64,000 bases of DNA from the NCBI GenBank assembly GCA_965285935.1, contig OZ260665.1, positions 10,292,001 to 10,356,000 of the forward strand, in the 5' to 3' direction. The translations under genes were made by a program, and so were the position numbers. Positions 13,126 through 26,904 of this stretch are shown piece after piece. Origin of the DNA: Ophelia neglecta (taxonomy: Eukaryota). The first letter of the stretch is position 1. Every line of letters begins with the position of its first letter. A model generated the notes under the pieces. It did not search any database. It was not told where the DNA came from and saw nothing but the letters and a program-made list of their open reading frames with translations.

Positions 13126-13509
13126 TTACTTTTTAAAAAGTTCTACATAATTGTACCATACAATTTCCATCGCTTTCACTTTCGCTGTCATTTTCAACGA
13201 TAAATCTGCTTCTGACCAATTCTCCACAAAATCTTTTGTCCACAAATTAACTTCTTGGCGGACTTCTGTCCCATTCGAGTTCTATCTAGTTTCTAAAAGC
13301 TCCCTTTCTGATTTCTCTTTACCCTTTCCCTGGTCTGGACCTGGACCTTAAACAGGTCCAGAAAAAGGACCCTCTTAACCAGCTTGGACCTGAATACAGG
13401 TCTAGCAAGCTCCTTACACAGGGAACATTCAAAATAATGTCCACTCTTTTTAACAAATGTAAGGAACTTTGTCCAAAACTGACTACCATAATTTTCCTCC
13501 TATCATTGG

Positions 13510-13842
13510 GGTTCGCAACTTATCCTGCGCCAGCCTCATCCCGCGCAAGTCTTATCCTGCGCGCAACTTATCCCGCGCACGACGTATCCCGCGCAAGCCT
13601 CATCCCGCGCAAGCCTTACCCCCCCTCAAGCCTTATCCTGACTATTCTGCGCGCAACTTATCCTGCTAATAGTTATGCACATGATGGCGCGACTTATCTA
13701 GTGCAAGCCTTATTCATCGCAAACCTTATTTAGCGCAAGCCTTATCCCGCGCGCAACTTATGCCGCGCAAGCCTTTTCCCGCGCGCAACTCAACCCGCGC
13801 AAGCCTTTCCCCGCGCGCCACTTATCTAGCACAAGCCTTATC
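13510..13842. repeat. Degenerate minisatellite (cttatcccgcgcaagc-type)
   Basis: Repeated 16-17-nt motif seen directly; explains the repetitive ORFs 13437-13733 and 13469-13669. Confidence 0.8.
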
Positions 13843-13989
13843 CAAGTCACGAACTTGCATGTTGTGGATGGTAACAATTTATACTCTCTATACTATCTTC
13901 ATGTTTTTTCACAAGTAAATTTTATACTTACCCGTACAGTTGCCGCACCCACTTTGCAGAACCACTCTTAACAGTGTCCTCTCCCATGT

Positions 13990-14410
13990 TGTGCGCTCTG
14001 TAGAAGGCGCGGTTGAAACCGGTCTCGCATGTCCGATGCTGCCAAAAGTTGCAGCTGTTCACACTAATGTGCCTCCTGTCTTGGTCTATCTTCCTGGTCC
14101 CACACTACACACTTGTTTTTATCCATGTCGTTAGAGGACTGAATAAACAACCCTCAGAATCTACCTCTATATATACCCCACCCCTATGAAAGATGATCAT
14201 CATTGCCACACCTGCTGCATCTAAATGTAATTTAATCCCTGTTGCCGAGTATCTAAAGATTTGGTGGATTGATATTGTGCGCTCATTTTTTTCACAACTT
14301 ACTGTCTCGGAGTCGCACCTTTGTTTGCGCTAAGCGCCAGGACCAATAGCCTTCTAGAACCTAGGCAATACAAACTCAGTGTGCCTGTATCGACAGTCCT
14401 CTTCCATGTT
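13990..14410 (-). repeat. Second, more degenerate copy of the PHD-containing segment (~10398-10860)
   Basis: Shared blocks such as ctctgtagaaggcgcgg, aaccctcagaatctacctctata, ccgagtatctaa, aaactcagtgtgcctg. Confidence 0.75.
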
Positions 14411-14867
14411 GAATCGTTTGATGATTTACTTTTGGGAGTAAAATCGCAATTCACTGCCTTAACTCCCGGGGGGGGGGGGGGGGGGGCACTCAGTGCTTGC
14501 CTAATATACCCATGTGCGTACAAAAAAAACGATGATAGGGGTATGTTTTTCCTTACAAAACGCGGTCCGCGCGGACATGTTAATAGGGGTTTGCCTGAAC
14601 AAGTTCTACGTGTTTGAGTTTTGTGACAAATATAATATTGATGGTTGTATCATTTGCCTGGACTTTGAGAAGGCCTTTGATAGTTAATCGATTATTAATT
14701 GATTTATGTATAACTTCTGAGGGTTTTGTTCTAATCACAATTATGACAATGTTTAGCGTCTATAAAAGAGGAGCTCGCTTTATTATAAATAATTTCGATC
14801 GCATCTGGATCTTGTCAAATAATCAGTGATACATAATACAAGAAATTATTTTACCAACATTTATATA

Positions 14868-15046
14868 CTGTGAAACCTGTCTTAAAGACCACCTCTATAA
14901 TCAGACCACCTGCCTATTCAGACCAATAATTTAAGAACCCAGTTGAACACTTACAATGTAAAAATAGCCTGTCTATACAGACCACATCCCTTTTCAGACC
15001 AGTATTTGCCAGTTCCTTATGTGGTCTTAATTCACAGGTTTCACTG
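14868..15046. mobile_element. Tc1/mariner-type MITE (copy 1)
   Basis: TA|CTGTGAAACCTG...CAGGTTTCACTG|TA. Confidence 0.75.
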
Positions 15047-16797
15047 TATATGCAAATAACCACTAATAAGAAATGTTCGCGATGTAAGATCCATGGCCAT
15101 TTCGGGATCTGATGATAAAAAGAGAAGTAGTGATCGCTTTCTGCTGTAGAATTTACTGATTTTACACGATTATACAGCTAAAATTAGCCTATATCAATTT
15201 GAATTACTATTCTATTTCAATAAACCAATGATATATATCCTATGTACAAGGAGCGGTACTTCGCGATATTTACTTACCCTTACCCATACCATGTACAAGG
15301 CATTCATTCATAGGTAAAGACTTCTTCGTTAATCCGATTTGAATACCTTCATTGATGATATATTTTGAAATGGAATTAAGATATATCACAAATTGAAGGA
15401 CTTGAAGTATTTACCTCTCTACATTTCTAGGCCATTGAAGTCATTTGTATTCGAAAGCTCTTAAAGGCGGTACTCTTGAATCAATTTCTTTGGCCAATGT
15501 CATATAAAAGACCAACATATAAGTATTTACCCGAAAGTGTACTGTCGAAGCGCGATTTTAAGGTAAATGTTTGCCAAGCATAATATAAACCCCTTATATC
15601 CAAACGTCTATAGGGTAGCAAAAGAGATACAAATTTCGCCGGGTTATATTGTCAACCTGGACATTTTTATTTGTAAGAATAACTAAAATAATAGGCTCAT
15701 ATAAGAAATATTCTTTCCTTTCACAACAGCATTCTATTCTTTACCAAGCTTGGACAATTCTGGAGAGGAAATCAATTCCTAATTACCTACTTCCTATCAT
15801 AGTATATAAATTTCCTTCTACCTGATTCCTATCATAGCTAGTCGCTTCCTATCTGCTTACTTCCTATAATAGATTCCTATCTATCTCCTTTCAATTCCTT
15901 CTTAATATGTGCATAGCGTCAGTCGAACTATAATGAATTCATTAAAGATCAAACATAAAGTGGAGTTTATCCAATTTGAATAGCAAGGATTTCGCAATGA
16001 AAAGAAAGCGCATTAAATGCGTGATGTGCTTCAAATCATTTGCACTTCTCGTATTCCAGGCCATTGTAGCTATTTGCATTGAAAACTGCTTGTAAATCTT
16101 CACTTGAAGGTAGTGGTGGTCCTCTGTCCAAATAATGACTTATCTCGCTTTTATATAATGCTGACATATATGTGTTTACATATATATTTACACGCTAAAG
16201 TAAACACTACGCACCTGGCGTGTATTCTGTGAATATTTATTAAGCTGAAGTTAAACCAACATGTCAAAACTTCTATAGGATAGAAATAAATACTTTGAAA
16301 TACAAGTAATTGTAAACCAGAATAGTTTTGCTCTTAAAAATATGTTTTCGTATGTAGTTATGAAGGCAAAATTCGCCGGTTGCAAGTCGCAATAATATCC
16401 ATGTGAAGATAACCTAGTTAGGCCAAACCTATCACAGAAGTCAATTACTATCCAGATATATGGTAGTACATCAATTTCTATCTACTTACTTTCTCACACA
16501 ATAAATTAATTCACATGAACCTACGTTCTATCCTAGTAAATCAGTTGCTAGCTACTTAGCTCCTATCATAGTAAATCAAGCCCTAACAATCTAAACCCTG
16601 TTATAGGAAAACAAAACATATTTATTCAATAATTCCTGTCTGCTCGTAAATGTATCCTGGACAAGGAAATCAGCGACATTTTCCCTTAGTCGAAACATAC
16701 ATGCTTTACAGTATGACTCTAAGTGAGCAACTGTTTACATACAGCAGGCAAATTCACTTCATTTGACTTCAGACCTGCGAGAATCAACTACATCAAA

Positions 16798-19700
16798 ATG
16801 TCTGCCTTAGGCTTCTGTCTAATGGTCTGTTTCTACTGGACGTTTGTTAGCGTTAACTGTGAATTAGATTCTACAATTCAAGGAAATACGTTCCATGGCG
16901 AATTAAAGGACATCAGAGGCAGAATGCAAATCATGGAGGCAGAAAATAAAGATCTGAGAGACGAAGTCACAGAAATCAGAACCACTATGATAAAGTTGAA
17001 GGACACGTTACTGAGTGAGTAATACTCTTTTGTAAAGTCCGGGTTCGAATCTATATGAACGCCCTTCATTCCAATAATGTATAGATATTATAAACTGTAA
17101 CCACGACAGTGCTTCCTTTTTCATACATATTGACTACCAATCGTCCCACTTTGTTGTAGAACAATTGCCTAATCGGCCAAAGGATATTCCCGACCTGGAT
17201 TTTGGTAAGAAAACGTAACAGTAAAATATAGTTATGTGTATGTATGTATATATAAACATATATATACTCCTGAAGTGCCTGATGAATTTAATAGATATTA
17301 TGCTATGTTTTAAAATGATAGACTGGTTTTTATTTAACAGGCCCGCTGCTCAGAGACTCCAGGGAAGTGACGAAAAAAAGCTACGGTAAAATTAACATAT
17401 CAAACATTCAGCAAATATTATTAGCCAGAAGGATATCAGTCTGTTTAATGTTTTTAATTCTTAATTATCCCCTTCGTGTATATTTGTGTACCACATGGCC
17501 TAGAAACACACCATTTGACATGGCGGGGGAGGGGTGAGGGGGGAGGCTTATGTGGCCTTTGTGCGATCAAGGTGAATTAATGTTCACGCTATGTGCTACA
17601 TCGAAATCTGTTTAGGCAGAGTTCTAGGCCAAGTTTGTTTGTGTTGTAAGAGCAAGGAGACGTAACTTAAACATAATATAAAAAATATATATTTTTGACA
17701 AGTTAGAAATGATGTATTGTTTTCAAAAAACGGATAGACACTCACTACCCATTTTAAGGTGTGTCATTTTTCTATGGTGCCTGCATTTGTCTATGAATGG
17801 ATTCATATCGTAGGCCAAAGAAATGAACAAACATTAAGGCAACTAAATGTTTATCCGACCAAACATATATACGAGTCAATACGCTGTTGACAGCCGTGGC
17901 CTAACGTAGATCCCCTATAGAATTACCATTCCTTAAATCATTTAGGTAGAATCTATTTGCGCTGCTAGTCACGCTTAACATACATGGGAGAAAAACACAG
18001 TTGTGATATAACGTTACATGCTAAATAGTATAGACACGCGAGACGCATTGCAAAGTTAAGAGCTTGTGGCGTCAAAAACCTTGTAAGATGACATCTTTTG
18101 ACATTATTATTCTGTAGCATTCAATTCTCTTTGTTCGATACTGCATCCATAATTTTCATAAACATGTCTATTATATGGTTCAATATCATTTCGACAGCTC
18201 TGATATCTGGGAGTGAACACAATGTGCCAGACGCGTCTTTGACCGCTTCCGCTGTGCATGAAAGCTTAGAAATATACGCCCCTAAATGTTCGAGAATTGG
18301 TGTAACAAGGCCAGGTTGTCATTCTCACCATGCATGGGTTGCAGATAAATCGCAGAAAGAAATGTGGATCCAGGTACAGTAATAAAACAGCCATGGTCGC
18401 TGTAGTTATACAGGAGAAGGTTCTGGTATCTACGCTGAATAAAACTAAATATAACTTGCTCAACTTGGACATCACATCTTGACTTCACCTTCCAATGGTG
18501 TCACAAGCTAACTTTAATCTAGCCAGAAAGAAATGTGGATCCAGGTACAGTAATAAAACAGCCATGGTCGTAACAGCCATGGTCGCTGTGTATATACAGG
18601 AGAATGTTCTGGTATCTACGCTGAATAAAACTAAATATAACTTGCTCAACCAATCAACATGACTTGCACAAACAACTGCAGATAACGCAGTCACGTCCAG
18701 TCCATTGATGAAAACGTACATCGATGTGTTTAAAACACTGGGCAATATGATATATTTTGTCATTTGTTGTAGGTCGACCTAGGAAACACTCACATTATTC
18801 AGGCCGTAGCAACTCAAGGCAGAAGTGTCTTCCATCAGTATGTGACATCATACAAGCTAGCTTCTTTTGATGGCCAACTGGTCTTTTATCAGGATGGAAA
18901 GGTATTTACTAAGGCGAAAAGCAAAATGAACATAAAAGCCACCAAGCGGGTTTGGTTAATAAAAGCAACTGTAAAAAATTTCGCGCGCACTTTATTATCG
19001 TGACTTTCGCGAACACAAGAAACGATTGAAGGGCGTGACATCACGGGTCGATCTGGTATATATTCTCAAATGGGCAGACTCGGCTATCTGTCATATCTGA
19101 GAGCCTCGGTCGAGCGAGCATCGCAGAGGCAACTCCCAATAGAAATCAACTTTAACGAGATATTACAATAATCGGTTGGAAAGGCCTCAATAAATCCACT
19201 GATGACTCAACTTTGATCCAAATACACAATGGTTGACGGTCAAATGCTCTTAGTGCCTCGACAACTTGGCAAACGCTGTAACGGATGAAAATGGCGGACA
19301 ACTTGTTAGTTGTCCAAATGGTATAGAATAGCGCGGCAAACCATCCTTTAATAGGTATTTTCCTTAGTTGACCACCATCATAAAATATTATAGGAATTAA
19401 GACATCAGCAGCAAGCTTTTAATAACCCTGTTTAGGTCAATTTCCACATGTATTATAATATATACTAGGTCATAACACTATTTTTATTTCTAATTGTACA
19501 GACTTGTTAACAACATTCACACAAGACACACGGTTCAGTTCAGGCATGCGTACAGCTCTGTACAGCTAAATTTTTCCTCTATGAAGGGTGTACTAAAACG
19601 GAAGACAGCAATCATATAAATTATCCAAAAGGACTGATAAAAGGACTGATATGTTATTTGTAATACATCTGTAGATTTAAAACATACTTATACTTGGTAA

Positions 19701-20111
19701 AGCTCGGTTTCAATATTTGGTATGACCCATCCCGATGTCGCTGTAGAAAGTTCTAACCATATTGTCTAATAATAGGCCATGAAAACAAGATACGTCCCGT
19801 CCATCACCACCTGACCTCAAACATGGTATTTGGTTTGTAGGGCAAATATTTAGTACCACAAAAATTCATGTTCTGTACTATTTTAAAAGACGTGCTTTCT
19901 TGGTTCATCAAATGATGTAACATTGATCATGCAACACTGAACTATCTGGACAACTTTTCAGGTGTTTGGAGCTAATTCTGACCGGCAGACTGTGGTGAAA
20001 CACGCCCTGAGTCCGACAATGAAGGCTCAGAGGGTTCGACTCTATGTGTTGTATTACAACAAGGTTCCTTCCATGAAATGGGAGCTTTATGGTTATCCGT
20101 GCACATGTTAG
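16798..20111 (+). CDS. Gene A1: secreted coiled-coil + discoidin (F5/8 type C) protein, 238 aa, intact
   Basis: Exons 16798-17014, 17341-17385, 18198-18373, 18773-18901, 19962-20111 (717 nt, GT-AG, phases 1,1,0,0). Hydrophobic leader MSALGFCLMVCFYWTFVSVNC; heptad region; motifs LTAS, AW, WIQVDLG, VATQGR, YVTSYKL, FGANSD, MKWELYG. Confidence 0.9.
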
Positions 20112-21778
20112 GCGTGTAAATATGAAATCAATACTGCTTTACAATACTTAACTATATTTGAAATATATTACGGTCTTTATATAAAACCTCACCTTATATC
20201 AATTATGCTAACCTAATATTCAATCAGAGCACCAAGAATGACTCAATTGTGCCAAAAACTGATTATTCTCATCTTTTAGGTCACGGAGCTGGATTCTTTT
20301 ATTATTGGAAATCCAACAATCCGTTACGGCAATTTTTCTAATTCAATCATATATGAACATTCACAACTGATTTCACGTTATATCAAAGTTTATATAATTG
20401 ATTTTAAACCAGGATGGAGTTCCGTAGTCACAGAGAACACTTATAGATAATTATCTAAAATAGAATATAACCGGAAATTTTTTTCGAGTATGATGTCTGC
20501 TGTAATGCATGTTTTTACCCAAACGCACCATTAACCAATAACATTAGCCTTGATTGCTACCCATTTAAGATATGAAAATAGTTTATTTCAAATCGAAGTT
20601 AACAACTTAGCAAGTAAATTTAGGTTGCACCAAGACGAAAAATGAGTTAAATTCAATAGATATCTAATTTAAGTATAATGTATTGTAAAAGTAATAGGGC
20701 AGAGTTCCTATATGAGGTAACTGCCGCAATAAAAAATGTTTTGTGAATATTTAATACTTGTTTTCATTACCGCCATTTCTACCAATCTATGATTCATATA
20801 ACTACATCTTATGTCTTGGGTGGTGGTTGGATTGTCTGATAATTGTGTGCAACTCATTTGGTGGACATTTCTTTTTGCCAATGCGGAAACATATTAATAG
20901 TTCTATTGTTGCTTCACATATTATATTATAAATGTACAAAGGGGTAGATGAACATGGATATATGTCCTACAAAATAAATGAGATATATTCAATTTGAAAA
21001 CGAACAAAACAAAAAGAACACTACAAAAAGTATCGCATAACAAGGAGGACGAACTCGGAGCAGGTTAAAGAAAACTCTGAGTTTAGAGTTTAAAAATTAG
21101 AAGGTTACAGTATTCGGATGGAGTGGATCAAGAGATCTCTGGTCTCTTCCTAAAAACAATGTGAAAAATTCCACACAAACAACACAGATTTGTGAAGAAA
21201 GGAATTTCAGAGAGGGGTGAGTGCTAATGGTCTATGTTTTTCTGTGACTGCCTGTTAGAATGCATTGGGGCTACGTGCCTAAAGGGTCTTGTGGTACGAG
21301 ATACGAGGGAAATACACAGAAGGTAAGCAGATACAAAACAAAAATAGTTTGAGTTGCTTTGGGACAGAGTAAGAGAGAGGGTTTTGCTACCAACATATTA
21401 ACTGAAACATTTCATTTATAAATCTGATCCCTAGCACAAAGCTTATCCATACATCTACATATAAAGTATCTCGAATCTTCCATTGTGGGTTTAACAGTTA
21501 ACCTTTCCATGTTAATTGGAGGCGGATAAATCACTGTTTGAGCGAGATTACTTATCGGTCCTTGGAGGTCTCTTTGTAATCGAATTCTGATTATTTTCTA
21601 TAAAGGATTCACTTTATGTGTTTTGATCAAATAGGGAAGGGCCAACCATTGAATCGGTCCGAATACTACCGGATCATTAACTGCAAACATCCGCTTATAT
21701 GATATAAGTTCGATCAAACAATATGAACACGTTTATTTTCGCTATGAGTTTTATTGCTTCTTCTATCTTATTTCGTAA

Positions 21779-21906
21779 GTCAATCCAGGCACCACATACA
21801 GAAACCAGAGAGTAGCAACTCATTGCAGGTATGTCTATTCCCAGTTATGACATAATACAACCTCACTTCTGATGATTTACCGCTCGCCTACTATGAAAAT
21901 GGAGAG
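21779..21906 (+). pseudogene. Relic discoidin exon 4 (orphan pseudo-exon)
   Basis: VNPGTTYRNQRVATHCRYVYSQ...LAYYENGE resembles VDLGSTHRIQRVATQGR...VYYQNGQ; 128 vs 129 nt; splice sites lost. Confidence 0.7.
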
Positions 21907-24177
21907 GGATATTTTATACAACCACGCACGGTACATAGATTAAGTTGTGTTAATATGAAAGGTGAGCGGTAATTCCATGAAGAAGAGTATGTTATACCCA
22001 AAGCTTTTTAAAGTGAGACTCGACCATAAATAGATAATTAAAGGAACATTACATTGATGATATTGAACAACAAACTATTTATCATATCATCAATACTGAA
22101 CCTGAAAATTAGATAACTGTTGGTAACAAGAGTCAGAGTACTATACTAGCTGGTTTCCGAGAATCCATTTACAATAGAGTAGTGTTGTATAATTAGATTT
22201 GGATGTTTGAGGTTTAACGATATATTAAAAAATAATACAGTTAACTTGAATCACGTCAAGACATTGACGTTGAAGTCGTTACTAAGCATATGGCTTGACA
22301 AATACTTTAATTGTTGTTTTTGTTATATCTTATCCCATTTGACATTTGTTCTAACTAAGTGTACTCTAAATCCCTGATCCGCGAGCATTTCGTGCAGGCA
22401 CAGAAGGCAAAGTGATAAATCTGTAATAATTCCAGCCACACCATTGACATGTGTGTAGTAGTATAAGTAGTATGTGCAGTAGTATAAGAGATGAATTTAA
22501 ATTACTTATCTGTCCTTGTCATAAATACCACGATTTATGACCCATTTCACGTTCAACGGTGCTTCTGGATATTTGCTTAGCTCCATACGAAGACTTATGA
22601 ATTCAGTAAGTAGATAAAAGTTCTTTGTAAGTCCAATTCGAATAACTTTTTTTTTGCACGCATGACGCATTAACTTTGTTAAGTACATAGAATTATTTAC
22701 CATGCACCGTCTGCAGGTCGCCGGAGCCATTTATTAAGGAAATTGTGATACATTTTCACTTGACGGTAGTGGAGGTCCTTTATGAATTGATTTCTTTGTC
22801 CAGCTTTATATATAAGGCATTAAAGGGGCCGGTGTGTTGCTCGAGGGGAAGCCCCATATACTAGTATTCAAGGTTGTCCGGTAACGCTTTCGCCAACTCA
22901 TACATAGTAATGTTTTTCAGTGCCTGAATTGAAATTTATTGGGTCCATATTCGTTTGACCATTACCTGAGGACTTCAAAATCGGTAGGCCACGATGCGTA
23001 CAACTGGCGCAAAAGTACCGACAATGCTTTGGGAAAAAATATAATATACTGGTTAAATCCAATATCAGAACCCAATGTTAATTGCTGAAGTGAAGCCAGA
23101 AGGCAAAACCACGAAACTTTCCTGTTGCAAACATTTTTACATGTTCTTTTCATTGTACAATATTATATTTAATTCCTTTAAGCAACTTATATATTGCTTT
23201 CAAACAATGATATATGAATAACTGAGTACCTGTCAATGTCAGCTTAGCTCCTCCATTTTAAGTGGCATAGGCAGTGGACGAAAACTGTTTGTTTGCCTTT
23301 AGTGTGTGTTTTATGGTGACCTATTACCTCCACTTGGAGTGAAAAATAATACCCACGAGCCTATTATATGGAGTCTATTGACCTAATTGAGTACTTCTAT
23401 ATATTTACTTAGCTCCATGCCAAGCTCATTACTACTGTCGTTCATAGCAAAAAACGGTCTTGAGCGATCTCTAAATCTGTTTTTGCTATATGTCAAGTTC
23501 ATAAAGGTAGTCTATAGGAAAACACTTTTTGTTCAGGTTAACTTAACGGTCGTGGGACATCTCTTTGTAAAGGAATGTCTGTACAGGTTTTGATCAATAT
23601 AAAAAAGCCTACATTGTGGCCTCTTCCCTGAATACCATGAATAACTTCAATGCCAAGTTTGTTAATCTCGTTCTAAACAAACTTCTCATTGTGAAGTTTT
23701 ACTTTTACGAGCTCTCCTTTGGAATAGATTCGAATTATACTTAATACCCATAAAGGAATCGCTGTAAGGTTTTGATAATAAAGAAGAGCCGGCACTTTTC
23801 AGGAAAGAAAATTAAGTGTTTAACACGTCCAATGTAAACTCGAAAAGTCTCGATTTCTAAATAATAGCAATAGATACTTTCCTTAAAACTAATCAGAATT
23901 TTTCGGAAACATTTAAATTTTCCGGTTATTACAAAATAAACAAATCTCCGTGGAATTGCCTGCTTAACCTACATTGTTGTATTTTCAACAAGACACCTCT
24001 AAACCGTGACAATGTTCAATGTTGTAAAGTATACTGAAATAAAATTCTTGAACATTTCATGGTGGTGTACATTTCTTGATTTACAGTATGATATCACCAG
24101 GTAGCAACGCGGCCGCCAAACAACAAACACGTTGAACTCATTTCGCTTCAGACCAGTGAGACTGATCACCAGCAAGC

Positions 24178-26904
24178 ATGTCTTCCTTTAGCGTCTGTCT
24201 GTTGGTCTGTTTCTATTGCACTCTTGTCAACATTCATTGCGAGTTTGGCTCCAACTTTGAAAAAAGAGTAATGCATGAAGATGAAAAGACAATCGGTGAA
24301 AGAATTGACCCGCTGAATATAGAACTGATGGACGCAATCATTGGAATGCACAAAATAACTAAACAGTTAGAGGCTGCTTTACTGAGTAAGTTAGGTTCAT
24401 TTTTCAATCCTTGGTTGAAGTTGGTATCCAGTATAGTTGTATAATACACACACAGTGTATGTCTTGTCAATATTTGGTCCTCCTATATTCTTTACATTTA
24501 TTATAACTTTTCCATTTTATTGCATGTTGGTTGCGAAACTCCGATTTGACAAAAGGTCTAGCCGACCTAGACCTCATTATAAATAAATTGATTAAGAAAT
24601 ATGGCGTCGGTATATATTTGTTCAATTCCTGAATTTCATAGTAATAATACGTACTTAACATGCTATGCGCAAACTAATTGACTGTATTGTATCTAACAGG
24701 ACAGTCCAGGGAAGTGACGAACAAAAGCCACGGTAAAAATAATATTTTAAACATTCAACAAATGGTAGTTGGTTTAAGGACATCAATCCACGATGTGTAT
24801 CATTCTTTGATAGCTCCTTTTCATGCATATGAAAGCAACACGATGCCTAAGTATAATTTAAAAGGCAATGCGCAATTTTTGCTTCTTAGATTCTTTTTTG
24901 TCCACATGACAAGTTTGTTATTTTGTATGTTATGAACCTATGGTATTAAGCCATTTTTATTATCAGGCAAATGCCATTTGAAATGGGGCATAGGGGGGCT
25001 GAGGGGATACAATCTATCCTCTCATACACATGAATGATTCATACTAGGTCTGTGCTATAAACAAATATTGTTTGAAGGGACTCCACCGCTAACATTAATA
25101 TTGCTTTCCCTTATGGTGCCTGAGATCGTCTATGATTTAGTTTAAAACATGAGCAGCTATAAGTACATACACTATAAGAAAGTAAATATTTACCTAGCCA
25201 GACAAGTAGACATCTAAAGGCATTATCAAACAAGACTACAATATTGGGATATCAAAACCACCATGAAAGGTATATTTGTCACGCTAGACATGCTCCTCAT
25301 ATAAGCACCAAATCGTCTTCTCAATATAGCTTCTGAATATTCAACACATCTGCCATATTGTTAAATCTTGATTCTGGAATAATACTTAACAGCAAGAAAA
25401 TCATTATGTCACAAACATTGAAACATAGCCAAAATTTTAATTAGGTCATAGTTTTACAAGCCTTCTACGCTAGGTTCAGCTTTTTGCTATATCGTATAAA
25501 CCATGGTTACTACTTTGATAAATAAAAGCTTTCAACTGAATAAGATGTATTGATTTATTCCTTCGCAGCCTTGATTTCTGGGACTGAACACCGCGTGCCT
25601 GATGATGCCTTGACGGCGTCTAGCATGTGGGATAACCGGAAAGATTGTGGCCCTCAGTGCTCAAGGCTCGGTGTCCCGAAACCTACAGGTTGTCTTAGCT
25701 ACGCATGGCTTGCAAATAGACTGATCAAAGATTTGTGGATACAGGTAGAAAACAAACAGCGGGTTGCCTAAAAGAAAAAGTAGACAAAATATAAAGTACG
25801 GCTATTTTCATGGTATTTCGACTGTCTTTAGGTTTGGCCATAAAACACGAAAGTGGAAGTTGAGATCGACCAGTCCAGTGTAAATTCTGCTCAATTTGTC
25901 AGCAACCAGATAGAATATAGGCAAAACAAGATAACTCTTTGTGTAACATACTATTTACCAAAGTGTTTCACAATGAATATATGATTTCAGTAATGTTTGA
26001 ATTCATTTAATTCGGCGTTATAAGCTAAATCCTAAGAAGCGTAATGCAAAGTCCACATTGTATTTCACATAAATATAGTTTAAAATAATAAGCATGCATA
26101 CAGTAGCCAGATGTTCAAGGATCTACCATTCATTCTGTTCGAAGATTTCAGCGGTTCTTATATAAACTGCACAGTTCTTCCGTTTCCACATGGTTTCGGT
26201 TTGCTTTAATTGATTATTCTAAATAAATAACTTTGCTTTTTTTCTGCCCGAGTATTCACTTTCGTTGTTTTTAGCTGATTAGAGATATTTTGTCAAGTAT
26301 TATTTATATTTTAATTTTTGCAGGTTGATCTTGGCTCAACACACATAATCCAGAGAGTTGCAACCCAAGGCAGAGATATCGGTGACCAGTTTGTGAAATC
26401 ATACAAACTGGCGTATCTCGATGAAAAGCTTGTCTACTATCAGAATGGACAGGTAACTTATATAATCGCAAGTTTAATCACTAAACGTGTTTGGCTTAAA
26501 TTGGTCAAACGGGCTGAACAGGTTACCATGGATGCGATCCAATAATATTAGCAAATATTGCCTTTCAACATACAGTTGTCGCTAATGTTGACTTAGAAAT
26601 TCCAGATATGTTCGCAATCTAATTTGTCCACCACATATATCTCAGATAGTGGCTGCCTGTGCTTTGACTTTAACCAATGCTTGAAGCGGGACTCGACCGT
26701 GCCGACTGTACTTGTAAACCTTAAACACATGACCCTTCAATTTGTTAGGTTTTCCCTGCAAATTCAGTCCCGGAGGCTGTTGTGATACACACACTGACTC
26801 CCACAATGAAGGCTCGAACGGTTCGACTCTACGTATTGAATTACAACAATAACCCTTCTTTGAGATGGGAGCTCTATGGTTACCAGTGCACGTGCACGTG
26901 CTAG
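24178..26904 (+). CDS. Gene B1: secreted coiled-coil + discoidin protein, 233 aa, intact
   Basis: Exons 24178-24385, 24700-24732, 25569-25744, 26324-26452, 26749-26904 (702 nt); same intron phases as A1; ends WELYGYQCTCTC*. Confidence 0.9.

Noticed and set aside
13437-13733. Repetitive ORFs (RATYPA / SRASLI)
   Set aside because: Translation of a minisatellite.
16640-16700. NF-kB-like sites upstream of the discoidin genes
   Set aside because: No full GGGRNNYYCC match seen; partial matches are expected by chance.
22716-22760. Possible relic of discoidin exon 5 (cag|GTCGCCGGAGCC..ATTGTGATACAT)
   Set aside because: Similarity too short, and the opposite strand reads better as coding.
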